Assembly (NCBI GenBank): GCA_001799575.1
Contig: MGTT01000018.1
Location: 13,404-77,403 of the forward strand
Length of the DNA: 64,000 nucleotides
Source: Elusimicrobia bacterium GWA2_56_46
GTDB lineage: Bacteria; Elusimicrobiota; Elusimicrobia; Elusimicrobiales; UBA9959
Reading direction: 5' to 3'
The translations under genes were made by a program, and so were the position numbers. Under the pieces are notes generated by a model. That model worked only from the letters and a program-made list of their open reading frames with translations, was not told where the DNA came from and searched no databases. Position 1 is the first letter of the stretch, and the number at the start of each line of letters is the position of its first letter. Of this stretch, positions 11,067-21,364 are shown piece after piece.

Positions 11067-11474
11067 ATGCGGACAATACTGAAAATCTCTGACGCGGCGG
11101 CCATAGCCCTGCACGCGGTAGACCTGCTGGGCAAAGCCCCGCGGCGCCCGCAAAGCGCGGCGGGAATAGCCCGCGAACTGGGCGTATCCTACAACCACCT
11201 TTCCAAAGTAATGCAGCGCCTGACCAAAGCCGGTTTCGTCACCCCCCTCAGAGGCCCGAAAGGCGGCTTCGCCCTGGCCCCCAAAACCCCCGGCGCCGAG
11301 CTCAGGCGCGTTATCGAAGCCATAGAAGGCCCTCTTGATTTTTCGGACTGCCTTATGGAAAACAAGGTTTGCGGCAGGAGCGGCTGCCGCTTCAGCGAAC
11401 TGCTGGCGGACACCAATAAAAGGCTGGAGAAACTGTTATCGCAAAAAGTATCGGCTTTCGTAAAGAATAGGTAG
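11067..11474 (+). CDS. Rrf2 family transcriptional regulator (NsrR/IscR-like, three-Cys cluster site)
   Basis: Starts MRTILKISDAAAIALHAV, with wHTH IARELGVSYNHLSKVMQRLTKAGFV and Cys triad CLMENKVCGRSGC. The internal ATG at 11067 is preferred over the ORF-track start at 10899. Confidence 0.85.
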   Translation: MRTILKISDAAAIALHAVDLLGKAPRRPQSAAGIARELGVSYNHLSKVMQRLTKAGFVTPLRGPKGGFALAPKTPGAELRRVIEAIEGPLDFSDCLMENKVCGRSGCRFSELLADTNKRLEKLLSQKVSAFVKNR

Positions 11475-11495
11475 AATTAAAAGGAGAAAATAAAT

Positions 11496-13154
11496 ATGGA
11501 AATGTTCTGTTATCAATGCGAACAGGCGGCTAAAGGCACGGGGTGCACGGTGCAGGGCGTATGCGGAAAAGATCCGCAGACCGCCGGAATGCAGGATCTG
11601 CTGTTGTGGCAGACAAAGGGCGTGGCGATGTACGCCCACAGGGCCCGCAAGCTGGGTTTAAAGACCAGGGCGGCCGACCATTTTGTGGTCGAAGCCCTGT
11701 TCACCACGGTCACTAACGTTAATTTCGACCCGAAAGTCATAGCCGGCCTGGTTCAGAAAGGCCAGGCGGTGAAAGATCTGACCCGCGCGGCTCTGGAAAG
11801 CGCCGCCAAGGCCGCTGAAACGCTCAAAGGCCCGGCCGCCTGGCAGGCTCCCGGAGACTACGCGGCCCTCCTAAAGGAGAGCGAAAAGATAGGCATAGAG
11901 CCGGAGATAAAAGCGCTGGGAGCCGACAGGGCGGGCCTGGCGGAACTGCTCACCTACGGCCTCAAAGGCACGGCGGCATACGCCGATCACGCCCGGATCC
12001 TGGGGATTGAAGACGATTCGGTCTACGCTTTCTTCCACGAAGCTTTGGACTTCCTGACCCGGGAAAACCCGTCCGTGGACGAACTCTTCGGCTATAATAT
12101 GCGCTGCGGCGAGGTGAACCTGAAGGTGATGGGGATGCTGGATACGGCCAACACCGGCGCCTACGGCCACCCCGTACCGGCCAAAGTGCGCGTGAATCCG
12201 CTTAAGGGCAAGGCGCTGCTGGTCTCCGGCCATGACCTCAAAGACCTGGAAAACATCCTCAGACAGACCGAGGGAAAAGGGATAAACGTCTATACCCACG
12301 GCGAGATGCTCCCCGCGCACGGCTACCCCGGCCTGAAGAAATACAGGCACCTGGCCGGAAATTACGGCGGCGCCTGGCAGGATCAGCAGAAAGAATTCGC
12401 GGCTTTTCCCGGCGCCATAGTCATGACCACCAACTGCATACAGCGCCCCGCCGAATCCTATAAGGGCAGGATCTTCACCAGCGGCCTGGTGGCCTGGCCC
12501 GGCGTCACGCACATAACCGGCGGGAACTTCTCCCCCGCCGTTAACGCCGCCCTCGCGGCGGAAGGCTTCGCTTCCGACGGGGAGAATAAGGAGATCCTGG
12601 TCGGTTTCGGCCATAACGCCGTCATGGGCGTGGCGGGAAAGGTTATCGACGCCGTAAAAACAGGGCAGATAAAACGCTTCTTCCTTATAGGCGGCTGCGA
12701 CGGGGCCAAACCGGGACGCAACTACTATACCGAATTCGCGGAAAAAGCTCCGAAAGACACCGTCATCCTGACGCTGGCCTGCGGCAAGTACAGGTTCAAC
12801 AAAATGGAATTCGGCGACATCGGCGGCATACCCAGGCTGCTGGATCTGGGGCAGTGCAACGACGCGTATTCAGCCGTCCAGGTGGCGCTCGCGTTGTCGA
12901 AAGCCTTTAATGCCGGAGTCAACGAACTCCCCCTGACGATGATCCTGTCGTGGTACGAGCAGAAAGCGGTCTGCATACTCCTGAGCCTGCTGTCGCTGGG
13001 CATCAAGAACATAAGGCTCGGCCCCACACTGCCCGCCTTCGTGACGCCCGCCGTGCTTAAGGTGCTGGTGGAGAAGTTCAACATCATGCCGGTAACCACG
13101 GCCGAAAAGGATCTTGAAGCGATAATGGGAACGGTTGTATATGATACCAGATAA
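11496..13154 (+). CDS. hcp: Hydroxylamine reductase / hybrid-cluster protein
   Basis: N-terminal Cys motif MFCYQCEQAAKGTGCTVQGVCGK, 552 aa. AAGGAG SD lies 9 nt upstream. Confidence 0.93.
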   Translation: MEMFCYQCEQAAKGTGCTVQGVCGKDPQTAGMQDLLLWQTKGVAMYAHRARKLGLKTRAADHFVVEALFTTVTNVNFDPKVIAGLVQKGQAVKDLTRAALESAAKAAETLKGPAAWQAPGDYAALLKESEKIGIEPEIKALGADRAGLAELLTYGLKGTAAYADHARILGIEDDSVYAFFHEALDFLTRENPSVDELFGYNMRCGEVNLKVMGMLDTANTGAYGHPVPAKVRVNPLKGKALLVSGHDLKDLENILRQTEGKGINVYTHGEMLPAHGYPGLKKYRHLAGNYGGAWQDQQKEFAAFPGAIVMTTNCIQRPAESYKGRIFTSGLVAWPGVTHITGGNFSPAVNAALAAEGFASDGENKEILVGFGHNAVMGVAGKVIDAVKTGQIKRFFLIGGCDGAKPGRNYYTEFAEKAPKDTVILTLACGKYRFNKMEFGDIGGIPRLLDLGQCNDAYSAVQVALALSKAFNAGVNELPLTMILSWYEQKAVCILLSLLSLGIKNIRLGPTLPAFVTPAVLKVLVEKFNIMPVTTAEKDLEAIMGTVVYDTR

Positions 13155-13899
13155 AAAACTTCTGGAAGCCGCCTACGCCCGCTTCAACAAAAGCGAGTTC
13201 ATCCACCCGGATCCGCTGGAATTCGTCTACCACTACGAGGCGCCAGCGGACCGGGAGGCGGCCGGCTTTATCGCCGCCGCGCTGGCTTACGGCAACGTCT
13301 CGCAGATCCTGAAAAGCGTGGAAAAAGTGCTGGCGCCCATGGGGCCCTCGCCGGCGCGCTGGCTGGCAAAAACCTCCGCAAAGGAAATAACCGGGAAGTT
13401 CGGCGCGTTCAAGCACCGCTTCACCACCGGCCGGGAACTGGCGGTTTTCCTTATCAATCTTAAATCCGCCCTCGAAAAGCACCATTCGCTTGAAAACTTA
13501 TTTTTAAAACATTACAGGCCGGCTGAGGAGACTCTGGCCGAAGCCGTATACGCTTTTGTGGACGATTTTAATCTGAAAGCCCGCGCCCCCACTTTGACGC
13601 CCTGCCCCGAAAAAAAAAGCTCGTTCAAACGACTCAATCTTTTCCTGCGCTGGATGGTAAGACATGACGCGGTAGACCCCGGCGTCTGGAAGAAAGTGCC
13701 GCCCGCCAAGCTGATAGTCCCTCTGGACACCCATATGTTCCAGGTGGCGCGGGAGCTCGGCCTTACCGGGAGAAAGGATGCCTCCATGAAAACGGCCCTT
13801 GAGATCACCGCCGCTTTCAGGAAAGTCAGCCCTCCGGATCCGGTACGCTACGACTTTGCCCTGACGCGCGCCGGCATAAGGCGCCGTGGCGGCGTTTAA
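13141..13899 (+). CDS. TIGR02757/DUF2400 family protein
   Basis: FIHPDPLEFVYHY...DREAAGFIAAALAYGNVSQI matches my recollection of the family signature. The ATG at 13141 overlaps the hcp stop (13152-13154) by 14 nt. The ORF-track start at 13135 is TTG. Confidence 0.65.
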   Translation: MIPDKKLLEAAYARFNKSEFIHPDPLEFVYHYEAPADREAAGFIAAALAYGNVSQILKSVEKVLAPMGPSPARWLAKTSAKEITGKFGAFKHRFTTGRELAVFLINLKSALEKHHSLENLFLKHYRPAEETLAEAVYAFVDDFNLKARAPTLTPCPEKKSSFKRLNLFLRWMVRHDAVDPGVWKKVPPAKLIVPLDTHMFQVARELGLTGRKDASMKTALEITAAFRKVSPPDPVRYDFALTRAGIRRRGGV

Positions 13900-13944
13900 C
13901 CGCTTTTTTATTTGTTAGAATATCCACAGCAACGGGGAGGAAAA

Positions 13945-14517
13945 ATGAAACTTAAAGGAACCCAGACTGAAAAGAACCTGCTCGCGGCTTTCGCCGGCGA
14001 ATCGCAGGCCAGGAACCGCTACACTTATTTCGCCGGCATCGCGAAAAAGGAAGGCTACGTCCAGATCTCCAAAATATTCGAGGAAACCGCGGATCAGGAA
14101 AAGGAACACGCTAAAAGGTTCTTCAAGCTGCTGGAAGGCGGGGACGTCATGGTGGAAGCCGCTTTCCCCGCCGGCGTCCTGGGAACCACGAAAGACAATC
14201 TCAAGGCCGCCGCCGACGGGGAGGCCTTTGAATGGGGAAATCTTTACCCGGTATTCGCCAAAAAAGCCAGGGAAGAAGGCTTCGAGGAAGTCGCCGGAAT
14301 ATTCGAATACATTTCAACGGCCGAAAAGCAGCATGAGCGGCGATACCGCGCCCTTTTAAAAAACATCGGGGACGGCAAAGTCTTTAAAAAAGACGGAGCA
14401 ACGATCTGGCGCTGTCTTAACTGCGGTTATACGCATAAGGGCGCGGAAGCCCCGGAAAACTGCCCTGCCTGCGCGCATCCCAGGGCCTATTACGAAGTGC
14501 TGGCGGAAAACTGGTAA
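13945..14517 (+). CDS. rbr: Rubrerythrin
   Basis: Starts MKLKGTQTEKNLLAAFAGESQARNRYTYF. C-terminal rubredoxin-like CxxC...CxxC (CLNCGY...CPACAH). GGGGAGG SD precedes the ATG at 13945. Confidence 0.92.
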   Translation: MKLKGTQTEKNLLAAFAGESQARNRYTYFAGIAKKEGYVQISKIFEETADQEKEHAKRFFKLLEGGDVMVEAAFPAGVLGTTKDNLKAAADGEAFEWGNLYPVFAKKAREEGFEEVAGIFEYISTAEKQHERRYRALLKNIGDGKVFKKDGATIWRCLNCGYTHKGAEAPENCPACAHPRAYYEVLAENW

Positions 14518-14528
14518 AGAGGCTATTT

Positions 14529-15080
14529 ATGGACGAAAATATCAACGAACAGGAAGAAAAAAGGGAAATTGCAAAACGAACCGTGACGATGCAGGGCAGG
14601 GCTGTGACCCTGGCAGGAGACGAGATCAGGGTCGGAATGACGGCGCCGGATTTCAAGGTCACGGACAACGATATGCTCCCCATGAAGTTCTCCCGGACCT
14701 ACGGCGGAAAGGTCGCGGTCATCTCAGCGGTTCCGTCGCTTGACACTCCCGTCTGCGATCTGGAAACCCGCCGGTTCAACAAGGAAGCCGAAGCGCTCGG
14801 CCCGGACGTGAACGTCCTGACCATAAGCATGGATCTGCCTTTCGCCCAGAAACGCTGGTGCGGGGCCGCCGGCGTAAAAGCCGTAAAGGTATATTCGGAC
14901 TACCAGAAAGCCGATTTCGGAAAATCTTACGGGGTGCTGATAAAAGAACTGCGCCTGCTGGCGCGCGCGGTTTTTATCGTGGACAAGGACGGCATAGTCA
15001 AGTACGTCCAGCTCTGTCCCGAAGTCGCCAAAGAACCGGATTACGACGAAGTTCTGACCGCGCTCCGGGCGTTGGTATAG
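14529..15080 (+). CDS. tpx: Thiol peroxidase (Tpx-type peroxiredoxin)
   Basis: APDFKV...[21 protein letters not shown]...FAQKRWCG motif, 183 aa with a short acidic N-terminal extension. Confidence 0.88.
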   Translation: MDENINEQEEKREIAKRTVTMQGRAVTLAGDEIRVGMTAPDFKVTDNDMLPMKFSRTYGGKVAVISAVPSLDTPVCDLETRRFNKEAEALGPDVNVLTISMDLPFAQKRWCGAAGVKAVKVYSDYQKADFGKSYGVLIKELRLLARAVFIVDKDGIVKYVQLCPEVAKEPDYDEVLTALRALV

Positions 15081-15098
15081 GGGTCAGGTTAGGGAGGA
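15075..15098. repeat. Heptamer-periodic array R3 (short)
   Basis: GTATAGG GGTCAGG TTAGGGA GG. Contains the tpx stop and the dfx SD. Confidence 0.45.
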
Positions 15099-15102
15099 AA
15101 TT

Positions 15103-15483
15103 ATGGCTGAAATAAAGGAAATATACAAGTGCGACGTCTGCGGCAATATCGTGGAAGTACTGCACGGCGGGCCCGGAGTTCTCGTCTGCTGCGGGGCGGA
15201 TATGCGGCTGTTCTTTGAAAACACCACCGACGCCTCCAAAGAGAAGCATGTCCCGGTCATTGAAAAAAGCAGGACGGGGTATAAGGTGAAAGTGGGAAGC
15301 GTCCCCCACCCGATGGAAGAAAAACACTACATAGCGTGGATCGAACTTGTGGCCGACGGCAGGTCATACAGGGAGTTTCTGAAACCGGGCCAGGCGCCGG
15401 AAGCCGTATTCTGCCTGTGCTTCGAGCCTAAAGAAGTTTACGCCAGGGAATACTGCAATCTTCACGGCCTCTGGAAAGCGTAA
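15103..15483 (+). CDS. dfx: Desulfoferrodoxin (2Fe superoxide reductase)
   Basis: N-terminal desulforedoxin CDVCGN...CCG. The SOR centre is KEKHVPVI...HPMEEKHYI...CNLHGLW. 126 aa. Confidence 0.9.
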   Translation: MAEIKEIYKCDVCGNIVEVLHGGPGVLVCCGADMRLFFENTTDASKEKHVPVIEKSRTGYKVKVGSVPHPMEEKHYIAWIELVADGRSYREFLKPGQAPEAVFCLCFEPKEVYAREYCNLHGLWKA

Positions 15484-15498
15484 AACAGGAGTTTAATT

Positions 15499-15660
15499 AT
15501 GAAGAAATATGTGTGCAAACTTTGCGGTTACGTCTATGACCCCCAGCTCGGAGACCCGGACAACAATGTTCCGCCCGGCACCCCTTTTGAAAAAGTGCCG
15601 GACACCTGGGTCTGCCCCCTCTGCGGGGCCGGCAAGGACGAATTCGAGCCGCAGAATTAG
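15499..15660 (+). CDS. Rubredoxin
   Basis: 53-aa ORF below the track cutoff, translated by me as [53 protein letters not shown]. It has two CxxCG knuckles. Confidence 0.9.
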   Translation: MKKYVCKLCGYVYDPQLGDPDNNVPPGTPFEKVPDTWVCPLCGAGKDEFEPQN

Positions 15661-17324
15661 CGAAACTTTTCTCTGACACAGTCCGCTTCGCGGTTCATGC
15701 CGCCGCGGTCGAACAGGTCGGCAAGTTTCCCGGCGCCCTCTTTATCCACCGTCAGGTCGTATACGAATATTGAATACCCGGCGCCGAACGCGGGCTTGCG
15801 GCTTTTAAGCCAGTCAAAGGTTCTCTTGTCCGGATAATAGGTGCTCTGGAGATTCGTGGCCGAAACCGCCAGCAGCAGTTTATCCATGCGGCATACATCC
15901 TCCCCGGTTCCGGGCAGATTCACACTGGAGGTAACGCCGAGCGGCGCATACTTTATCCCGTAATACTCCGGGCGGGCCGTGCCGAAATAAGAAAAAACTA
16001 CTGGAGGATTCCCCTCTTTTCTCAGCCGGGAGGCGAGGGTCTTCACGTCCTGGCCCCAGTCCAGGTTGGAATCCACCAGGAATTTATAGCCGTTGGCCGA
16101 TCCTCCGGCCAGTTCGTTGAAATAGGCCAGATAATGCGGCCCAGTCCCGGCAAGCCCCCATACCCACAGAATGAGCAAAGGCGCCAGAGCATAACGCAGC
16201 AGCTTTCTCTTTGCGGCATAAACCGCGCCCAGGCCGGCCAGCGCGGCCAGGAAAGGCATGACGGGCAGTATATGGCGGACGCCTATCTGAACCCTGGCCG
16301 TCATAGAAACCGCGAAATAGACGAGCGGCGGCAGAACCAGCCAGAGGTAGTCTCTTCTGAAAGAATTTTTCATGGATGCCAGCCCGATCAGGGCCAGGGC
16401 CGACACCGCCAGCGGAGTCTTAATGATCAGCGCAAGCGGGAAATACCACCATACCCCGCTGATGGAATGCTCTCCCCATGCGAAAGAAGACCGCCCCTGG
16501 CCCATTTGTTTAAGCGTCCCCCCTAAACCGGAAAAATACGATCCCAGATCCAGCCTGTAGACCAGCGCCAGCGCAAACAGCGCCGCGACAAGATAGACCG
16601 CGCAATACCACAGAAGCCTCGCAAAACGCATTCTGGGGCCCGGCAGAAGATTATACGCGGCCCAGAACGCGATCATGAGCGGAGGAAGCATGAACATACT
16701 GAATTTGGAAGCCAGGGCCAGGCCCGTGGCCAGGCCCGCCAGGATCGCATAACGGTACTTTCCGGCCCCGGCGGCGGCCGGAGAGGAAAAGAGATAGCCG
16801 AAACAGAAAGCCGCGAAATAAAAAACAGTCGGCGCCGCATCGGTGGTGATAAGGGCGTTATTCGAGATAAAGACCGGCATCAGGGAAAAAACCGCGACTG
16901 AAACCGCGGCGGGCTCCGGGCCGGAGATCTTAGAAACAAAAAGCCGGATAAAAAAAACCAGCAGGCCGCTCCAGAGAACCAGGGAAAAGACGCGCGCGGT
17001 GTCCAGCAGCTTTCCGGCGGATGCCGTGTTCTGGTAAAGGAACAAGTCCCCGTAAGAGTAGATGGCGGACCGGGTGAAATAAGGGTGGGCGGAGAAGATG
17101 TTAGGTTTATAGACCAGCAGCGGCAGGGCGTCAACCGTCTCGGCCAGGGGCGGATGGCCCGTAAGGAGCGTCATGTCTTTGCCGGTAAGCAGGTATGAAT
17201 AGCCGCTTGAAAGGTGAACGGTTTCGTCGTAAGTCGGGGCGGCGGACCTGATGAAAGCCAGCCCCATGACAAAATGAGCGGCCAGCGCCGCCGCGCACAG
17301 AACCAGGACATTTTTTCTGTTCAT
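15657..17324 (-). CDS. Polytopic membrane glycosyltransferase (GT39/ArnT/PMT-like)
   Basis: 555 aa with about 10 or more hydrophobic segments, an N-terminal [11 protein letters not shown] loop typical of the DxD/ExD-like PMT_2 family, and a soluble C-terminal domain. Confidence 0.7.
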   Translation of the reverse strand: MNRKNVLVLCAAALAAHFVMGLAFIRSAAPTYDETVHLSSGYSYLLTGKDMTLLTGHPPLAETVDALPLLVYKPNIFSAHPYFTRSAIYSYGDLFLYQNTASAGKLLDTARVFSLVLWSGLLVFFIRLFVSKISGPEPAAVSVAVFSLMPVFISNNALITTDAAPTVFYFAAFCFGYLFSSPAAAGAGKYRYAILAGLATGLALASKFSMFMLPPLMIAFWAAYNLLPGPRMRFARLLWYCAVYLVAALFALALVYRLDLGSYFSGLGGTLKQMGQGRSSFAWGEHSISGVWWYFPLALIIKTPLAVSALALIGLASMKNSFRRDYLWLVLPPLVYFAVSMTARVQIGVRHILPVMPFLAALAGLGAVYAAKRKLLRYALAPLLILWVWGLAGTGPHYLAYFNELAGGSANGYKFLVDSNLDWGQDVKTLASRLRKEGNPPVVFSYFGTARPEYYGIKYAPLGVTSSVNLPGTGEDVCRMDKLLLAVSATNLQSTYYPDKRTFDWLKSRKPAFGAGYSIFVYDLTVDKEGAGKLADLFDRGGMNREADCVREKFR

Positions 17325-17326
17325 TC

Positions 17327-17342
17327 AAGGAATATAATACAA
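17327..17342 (-). promoter_or_regulatory. Shared 16-nt motif TTGTATTATATTCCTT immediately upstream of the GT39-like start codon
   Basis: The identical 16-mer also lies upstream of nadK (59370-59385). It contains a TG-TATTAT extended -10-like element ending 9 nt before the ATG. Confidence 0.35.
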
Positions 17343-17520
17343 AAAGCCGCCGGGGGTTCGACACAGGACATCCCGCCGGGGCGCGCAAACAAGCCATTAA
17401 TTGGTTAATTATCTGCAATTTGTGTTTAGTATATGGATTTATATATTATAGGCCTTGATTTTTATAATATTTTCTGGTAGGATTATAGTATTCATATTAT
17501 ATTGCCGGACAGGAGAATTT

Positions 17521-18972
17521 ATGCCCAAAGAGATCGCCAACAAGCCAGTAACCCTTAAAAACTTCCTTGAGATCCCGTATGACGAACTCGAAGCTATGAA
17601 CCTGAAAGCGGCGGAAGAAGCCGAATCGCTCTCCGTAGCCGAACTCATGGAAAAATATCGCACATATCTCCACAAAGAAAAGCGCATTAAGGCCGTTACG
17701 CTCTGCTTCTCGGACATCGAGGGACGCTTCCATATGCTCGACTATGACAAGCAATATTTCCTGAGAGCGGCCGACAATCTCACCTTTGACGGCTCCTCCA
17801 TCCGCGGATTTTCCGCCCAGAAAGAATCGGATCTGAGGCTGGGGACGGATTGGCGCAGCATTTTCTGGCTTCCTTCCGACGTCTTCGGGCCGGGCAAGGT
17901 GATCCTGTTCGCCACGGTACTTAACCGGGACAAGACGCCTTATGAATCCGACTTTCGCGCGCACCTGGCCGGACTTGCCAATGAACTTAAAAAGACGAGG
18001 GGAATTACCGCTAACGTCGCCGCGGAAGTGGAGGGCTTCCTGGTTAACGGGCTCAACGCCGAGCAGAGATACAATAATTCAGCCGGATTCGACCTCATCT
18101 CCACCGGCGGATATTTCCATTCCCTCCCCCTGGACCGCCTGAAACTGTTCATCGACACCGCGGCCGAGGCGCAAAGGGCGATGGGTTTCAGGAACGAAAA
18201 AGACCACCCGGAAGTGGCGCCCTCGCAGTTCGAACTCAATTTCTCGTACGCGGACGCCGTACGCGCCTGCGATATGATCCAGCTATACAAACTGGTCTGC
18301 CGTCAGGTCGCCGCGAATATGGGAATGACCGCCACGTTCCTCCCAAAACCGATCTCAGGGGTGAACGGAAGCGGGATGCATCTCAATCTTTCTTTTTTTA
18401 AGGGCGGCAGGAATATCTTCTACGATAAAAAAGGAGAGGACGGCCTGTCCTCCACGGCCTGGGACGCGATCTCCAGGATACTCAACCACGCGCAGGAACT
18501 TTCCCTCATCCTGAACTCAAGCGTTAACGCCTACCGCCGCCTGGATCCGCATTTCGAAGCCCCTAACCAGATAAAGGTCTCTTCGGTCGACCGCGGCGCG
18601 ATGATCCGCATCCCGGCCGGGAACGAGACGTCCGCCCGGATAGAGATCCGCTCCGTGGGACCGGACGCCAATCCCTACCTGGCGCTGCACGCGCTCCTCC
18701 ATACCGCGCTCAACGGCGCGCCCCTCACAAAAAACGGGGACAAACGGGACCGTATGCGCTACCTCCCCGGAAACATTTATGACGCGATCCGCATCTTCCG
18801 CGGGAGCGATTTCATTAAAAAGGCCATGGGCGCGGCCTCGCACGATAAGTACGCCTCCCACAAACAGGCCGCCGCCGACCGGAGCCCTAAAGAACTGGGC
18901 GGGATCGTAAAAACATCGGAAGTTCTTTTTCACCACGAAGTGACGAACCAGATGCTCTGGCACAAATTTTAA
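17521..18972 (+). CDS. glnA: Glutamine synthetase family protein
   Basis: Catalytic-domain motifs EVAPSQFELNF, KPISGVNGSGMHLNLS and NAYRRL...R(I)EIRSVGPDANPYL. The ATG at 17521 has a GGAGAA SD, and the upstream ORF-track start lies in an AT-rich spacer. Confidence 0.85.
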   Translation: MPKEIANKPVTLKNFLEIPYDELEAMNLKAAEEAESLSVAELMEKYRTYLHKEKRIKAVTLCFSDIEGRFHMLDYDKQYFLRAADNLTFDGSSIRGFSAQKESDLRLGTDWRSIFWLPSDVFGPGKVILFATVLNRDKTPYESDFRAHLAGLANELKKTRGITANVAAEVEGFLVNGLNAEQRYNNSAGFDLISTGGYFHSLPLDRLKLFIDTAAEAQRAMGFRNEKDHPEVAPSQFELNFSYADAVRACDMIQLYKLVCRQVAANMGMTATFLPKPISGVNGSGMHLNLSFFKGGRNIFYDKKGEDGLSSTAWDAISRILNHAQELSLILNSSVNAYRRLDPHFEAPNQIKVSSVDRGAMIRIPAGNETSARIEIRSVGPDANPYLALHALLHTALNGAPLTKNGDKRDRMRYLPGNIYDAIRIFRGSDFIKKAMGAASHDKYASHKQAAADRSPKELGGIVKTSEVLFHHEVTNQMLWHKF

Positions 18973-19034
18973 CCCGGATCCTCGGGCAGAGAGATCCGGG
19001 CTAAAGAAAGGCGTGAAGAGCCAGGAGCAACTCT

Positions 19035-21356
19035 TTACTTTTTACCCTTTGAGTTCTTTATCGCCGCCCTGACTTTTTCCGGCGTGAAAGGCGCGTCAAA
19101 GAGCCTTATGCCGGCCGCATTGTAAACCGCGTTGGCCACCGCCGGCAGAGGCCCGTTGATGCCTATTTCCGATACCGACTTGGCCCCGAAAGGTCCGTTG
19201 GGTTCGTAAGTCGGGATAAGAATGGTTCTGATCGGCGGCATATCCGCCGTGTTGAAGATCTTATACCGCCGGAAACTGGCGTTAAGCGGCGTCCCGTTGG
19301 CGGAAAATTCCATCTCCTCCGAAAGCGTGTGGCCTATGCCGTTCAGCACGGCGCCGTCGTTCTGCCCCTCGGCCAGTTCCGGATTGATGGCGGTGCCGCA
19401 ATCCACGCACGAAACGTAATCAAGTATCTTTATCCTCCCCGTCTCCATGTCCACTTCCACCTCCGCGAAATTAGCCGCGAACGGAGGCGGCGAGGTGTGG
19501 GCGTAATGCGAGGCCGAAGCGATGATCTGGTGCTGGTCGTAATAGTAAAGCGAGGTGTTCGCCACCTCGGAGAGTCCGCACGACGCGCCATCTTTGGCGA
19601 CAACCCTGCCGTTTTCCAGCCGGAGGTCTTCTTTCTGTCTGCCCAGGATCTTCGCCCCCACCGCCAGGATCATGTCGCGGACCTTTTCGGCGGTCTTCTT
19701 GACCGCATTGCCGGAGATGAAAGTGGTGGAGGAGGCGTAAGCTCCCACATCAAACGGCGTCAGATCGGTGTCGGACGAATAGACGACAAGATCCCCGGCT
19801 TTCACGCCCAGCACCTCGGCCGCTATCTGGGCCAGAATGGTGTCGGAACCGGTACCCAGGTCCGCCGCGCCGACCATAAGGTTGAATGAGCCGTCCTCGT
19901 TCATTTTAATGGTGGCGCTGGCCATATCCACTTCGGGTATGCCCGAGCCCTGCATCATGCAGGCCATGCCCAGTCCGCGCCTCACCGGTCCGGTCTGGCC
20001 TTTATACTTTTCTTTTTTGGCCTGCCAGCCGGCGGCTTTCAAACCCGCCTCTATGCCGTCATAAAGGCCTATGGAGGTTATCACCTGCTCAACGCCCTCG
20101 CGGCCCTCGCCCATCGCCTTGAACACCGGGGAGCCCTCTCCGAGCCGGATATAATTCATCTTACGGAATTCCACCGGATCCATGCCTATCTTTTCCGCCA
20201 TTATATCCATCTGCGACTCCCAGGCGAAAAATCCCTGGGTGGCGCCGTACCCGCGGTAGGCACCGGAGACCGGCAGATTGGTATAAACGCTTCTGCCTGT
20301 GAACTTGATATTATTCTTCACCTTGTACATCGGAATAGTGTGCGAACCGGAACACATCATTACCGTCAGGGCGTGCGAGCCGTAAGCGCCGGTATTCAGG
20401 ACTATATCCATCTCCGCGTCGGTTATCGTGCCGTCTTTCCTGACTCCGGTCTTCAGCCGCACCGCGGCCGGATGGCGGGTACGGGAGGAGATGAAAGTTT
20501 CCCTGCGCGTGTATTCTATCTTCACGGGCTTTCCCGTTTTAAGCGACAGAGCGGCCGTTACATCCTCCAGCAGGATCTCCTGCTTGGAACCGAAGCCGCC
20601 GCCGATGCGGGGCTTTATGACGCGTATCTTTTTAACCGGCATTTTGAGGGCCTGGGCCACGATGCGCCTCACGTGGAACGGCACCTGCGTGGAGGTCCTG
20701 ATGACCAGCCGGCCGAAATGATCGAAACTTGTTATGACCGTATGCGGTTCTATGGCGCAATGCTGGAGATACGGCATCCTGTAGGTGCGCTCTACCACGA
20801 AATCCGCGTCCCCGAACCATTTCCCGTTTTTAACCTCGAACTCGAACCTGGCGGCTATATTATGTTTCGCATCGGGAATGTTTTTGGAATCCTCTTCGTC
20901 GTGAATAACGGGAGCGCCGTCCCTCATGGCTTCAAAAGTGTCGAATACCGCGGGAAGGATCTCGTACTCCACTTTTATAAGTTTAAGCGCCTCTTCCGCC
21001 GCCTCGGGCGTCTCGGCGGCCACGGCGGCGACCCGGTCTCCGACGAAACGCATCTTGTTGTCCAGGATGTAGGTATCGTAGGGCGAAGGCTCGGGATAGC
21101 CCTGGCCGGCCGTGGTATGCGGAACCCGGGGCACGTTCTTATAGGTAAGCACGGCTTTTACGCCGGGAACCCTTTCAGCTTCTCTGGTATCTATATTTTT
21201 GATGCGGGCATGGGCGTAAGGGCTCCAGAGGATGCGGCCGTAAAGCATGCCGTTGAGATCCACGTCGTCGGTGAAAACCGGTTCGCCGCAGGCCAGGCCC
21301 AGGGCATCCATCTTCAGCGCGCGCCTGTTGACCACTTTTAAATTTTTAGTATCCAT
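19035..21356 (-). CDS. Xanthine dehydrogenase family molybdopterin-binding large subunit (set 1)
   Basis: 773 aa from MDTKNLKVVNRRALKMDALGLACGEPVFTDD, with GGGFGSK and the aldehyde-oxidase/XDH a/b-hammerhead pattern. The internal start at 21356 avoids overlap with the FeS subunit. Confidence 0.88.
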   Translation of the reverse strand: MDTKNLKVVNRRALKMDALGLACGEPVFTDDVDLNGMLYGRILWSPYAHARIKNIDTREAERVPGVKAVLTYKNVPRVPHTTAGQGYPEPSPYDTYILDNKMRFVGDRVAAVAAETPEAAEEALKLIKVEYEILPAVFDTFEAMRDGAPVIHDEEDSKNIPDAKHNIAARFEFEVKNGKWFGDADFVVERTYRMPYLQHCAIEPHTVITSFDHFGRLVIRTSTQVPFHVRRIVAQALKMPVKKIRVIKPRIGGGFGSKQEILLEDVTAALSLKTGKPVKIEYTRRETFISSRTRHPAAVRLKTGVRKDGTITDAEMDIVLNTGAYGSHALTVMMCSGSHTIPMYKVKNNIKFTGRSVYTNLPVSGAYRGYGATQGFFAWESQMDIMAEKIGMDPVEFRKMNYIRLGEGSPVFKAMGEGREGVEQVITSIGLYDGIEAGLKAAGWQAKKEKYKGQTGPVRRGLGMACMMQGSGIPEVDMASATIKMNEDGSFNLMVGAADLGTGSDTILAQIAAEVLGVKAGDLVVYSSDTDLTPFDVGAYASSTTFISGNAVKKTAEKVRDMILAVGAKILGRQKEDLRLENGRVVAKDGASCGLSEVANTSLYYYDQHQIIASASHYAHTSPPPFAANFAEVEVDMETGRIKILDYVSCVDCGTAINPELAEGQNDGAVLNGIGHTLSEEMEFSANGTPLNASFRRYKIFNTADMPPIRTILIPTYEPNGPFGAKSVSEIGINGPLPAVANAVYNAAGIRLFDAPFTPEKVRAAIKNSKGKK

Positions 21357-21364
21357 AAATTTTC

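Noticed and set aside
17345-17385. A possible terminator or tRNA-like element, GCCGCCGGGGGTTCGACACAGGACATCCCGCCGGGG, upstream of the GT39-like gene.
   Set aside because: The two GC-rich blocks are direct repeats, not inverted repeats, so no stable stem forms. The GGTTCGA string is not embedded in a tRNA-sized cloverleaf.
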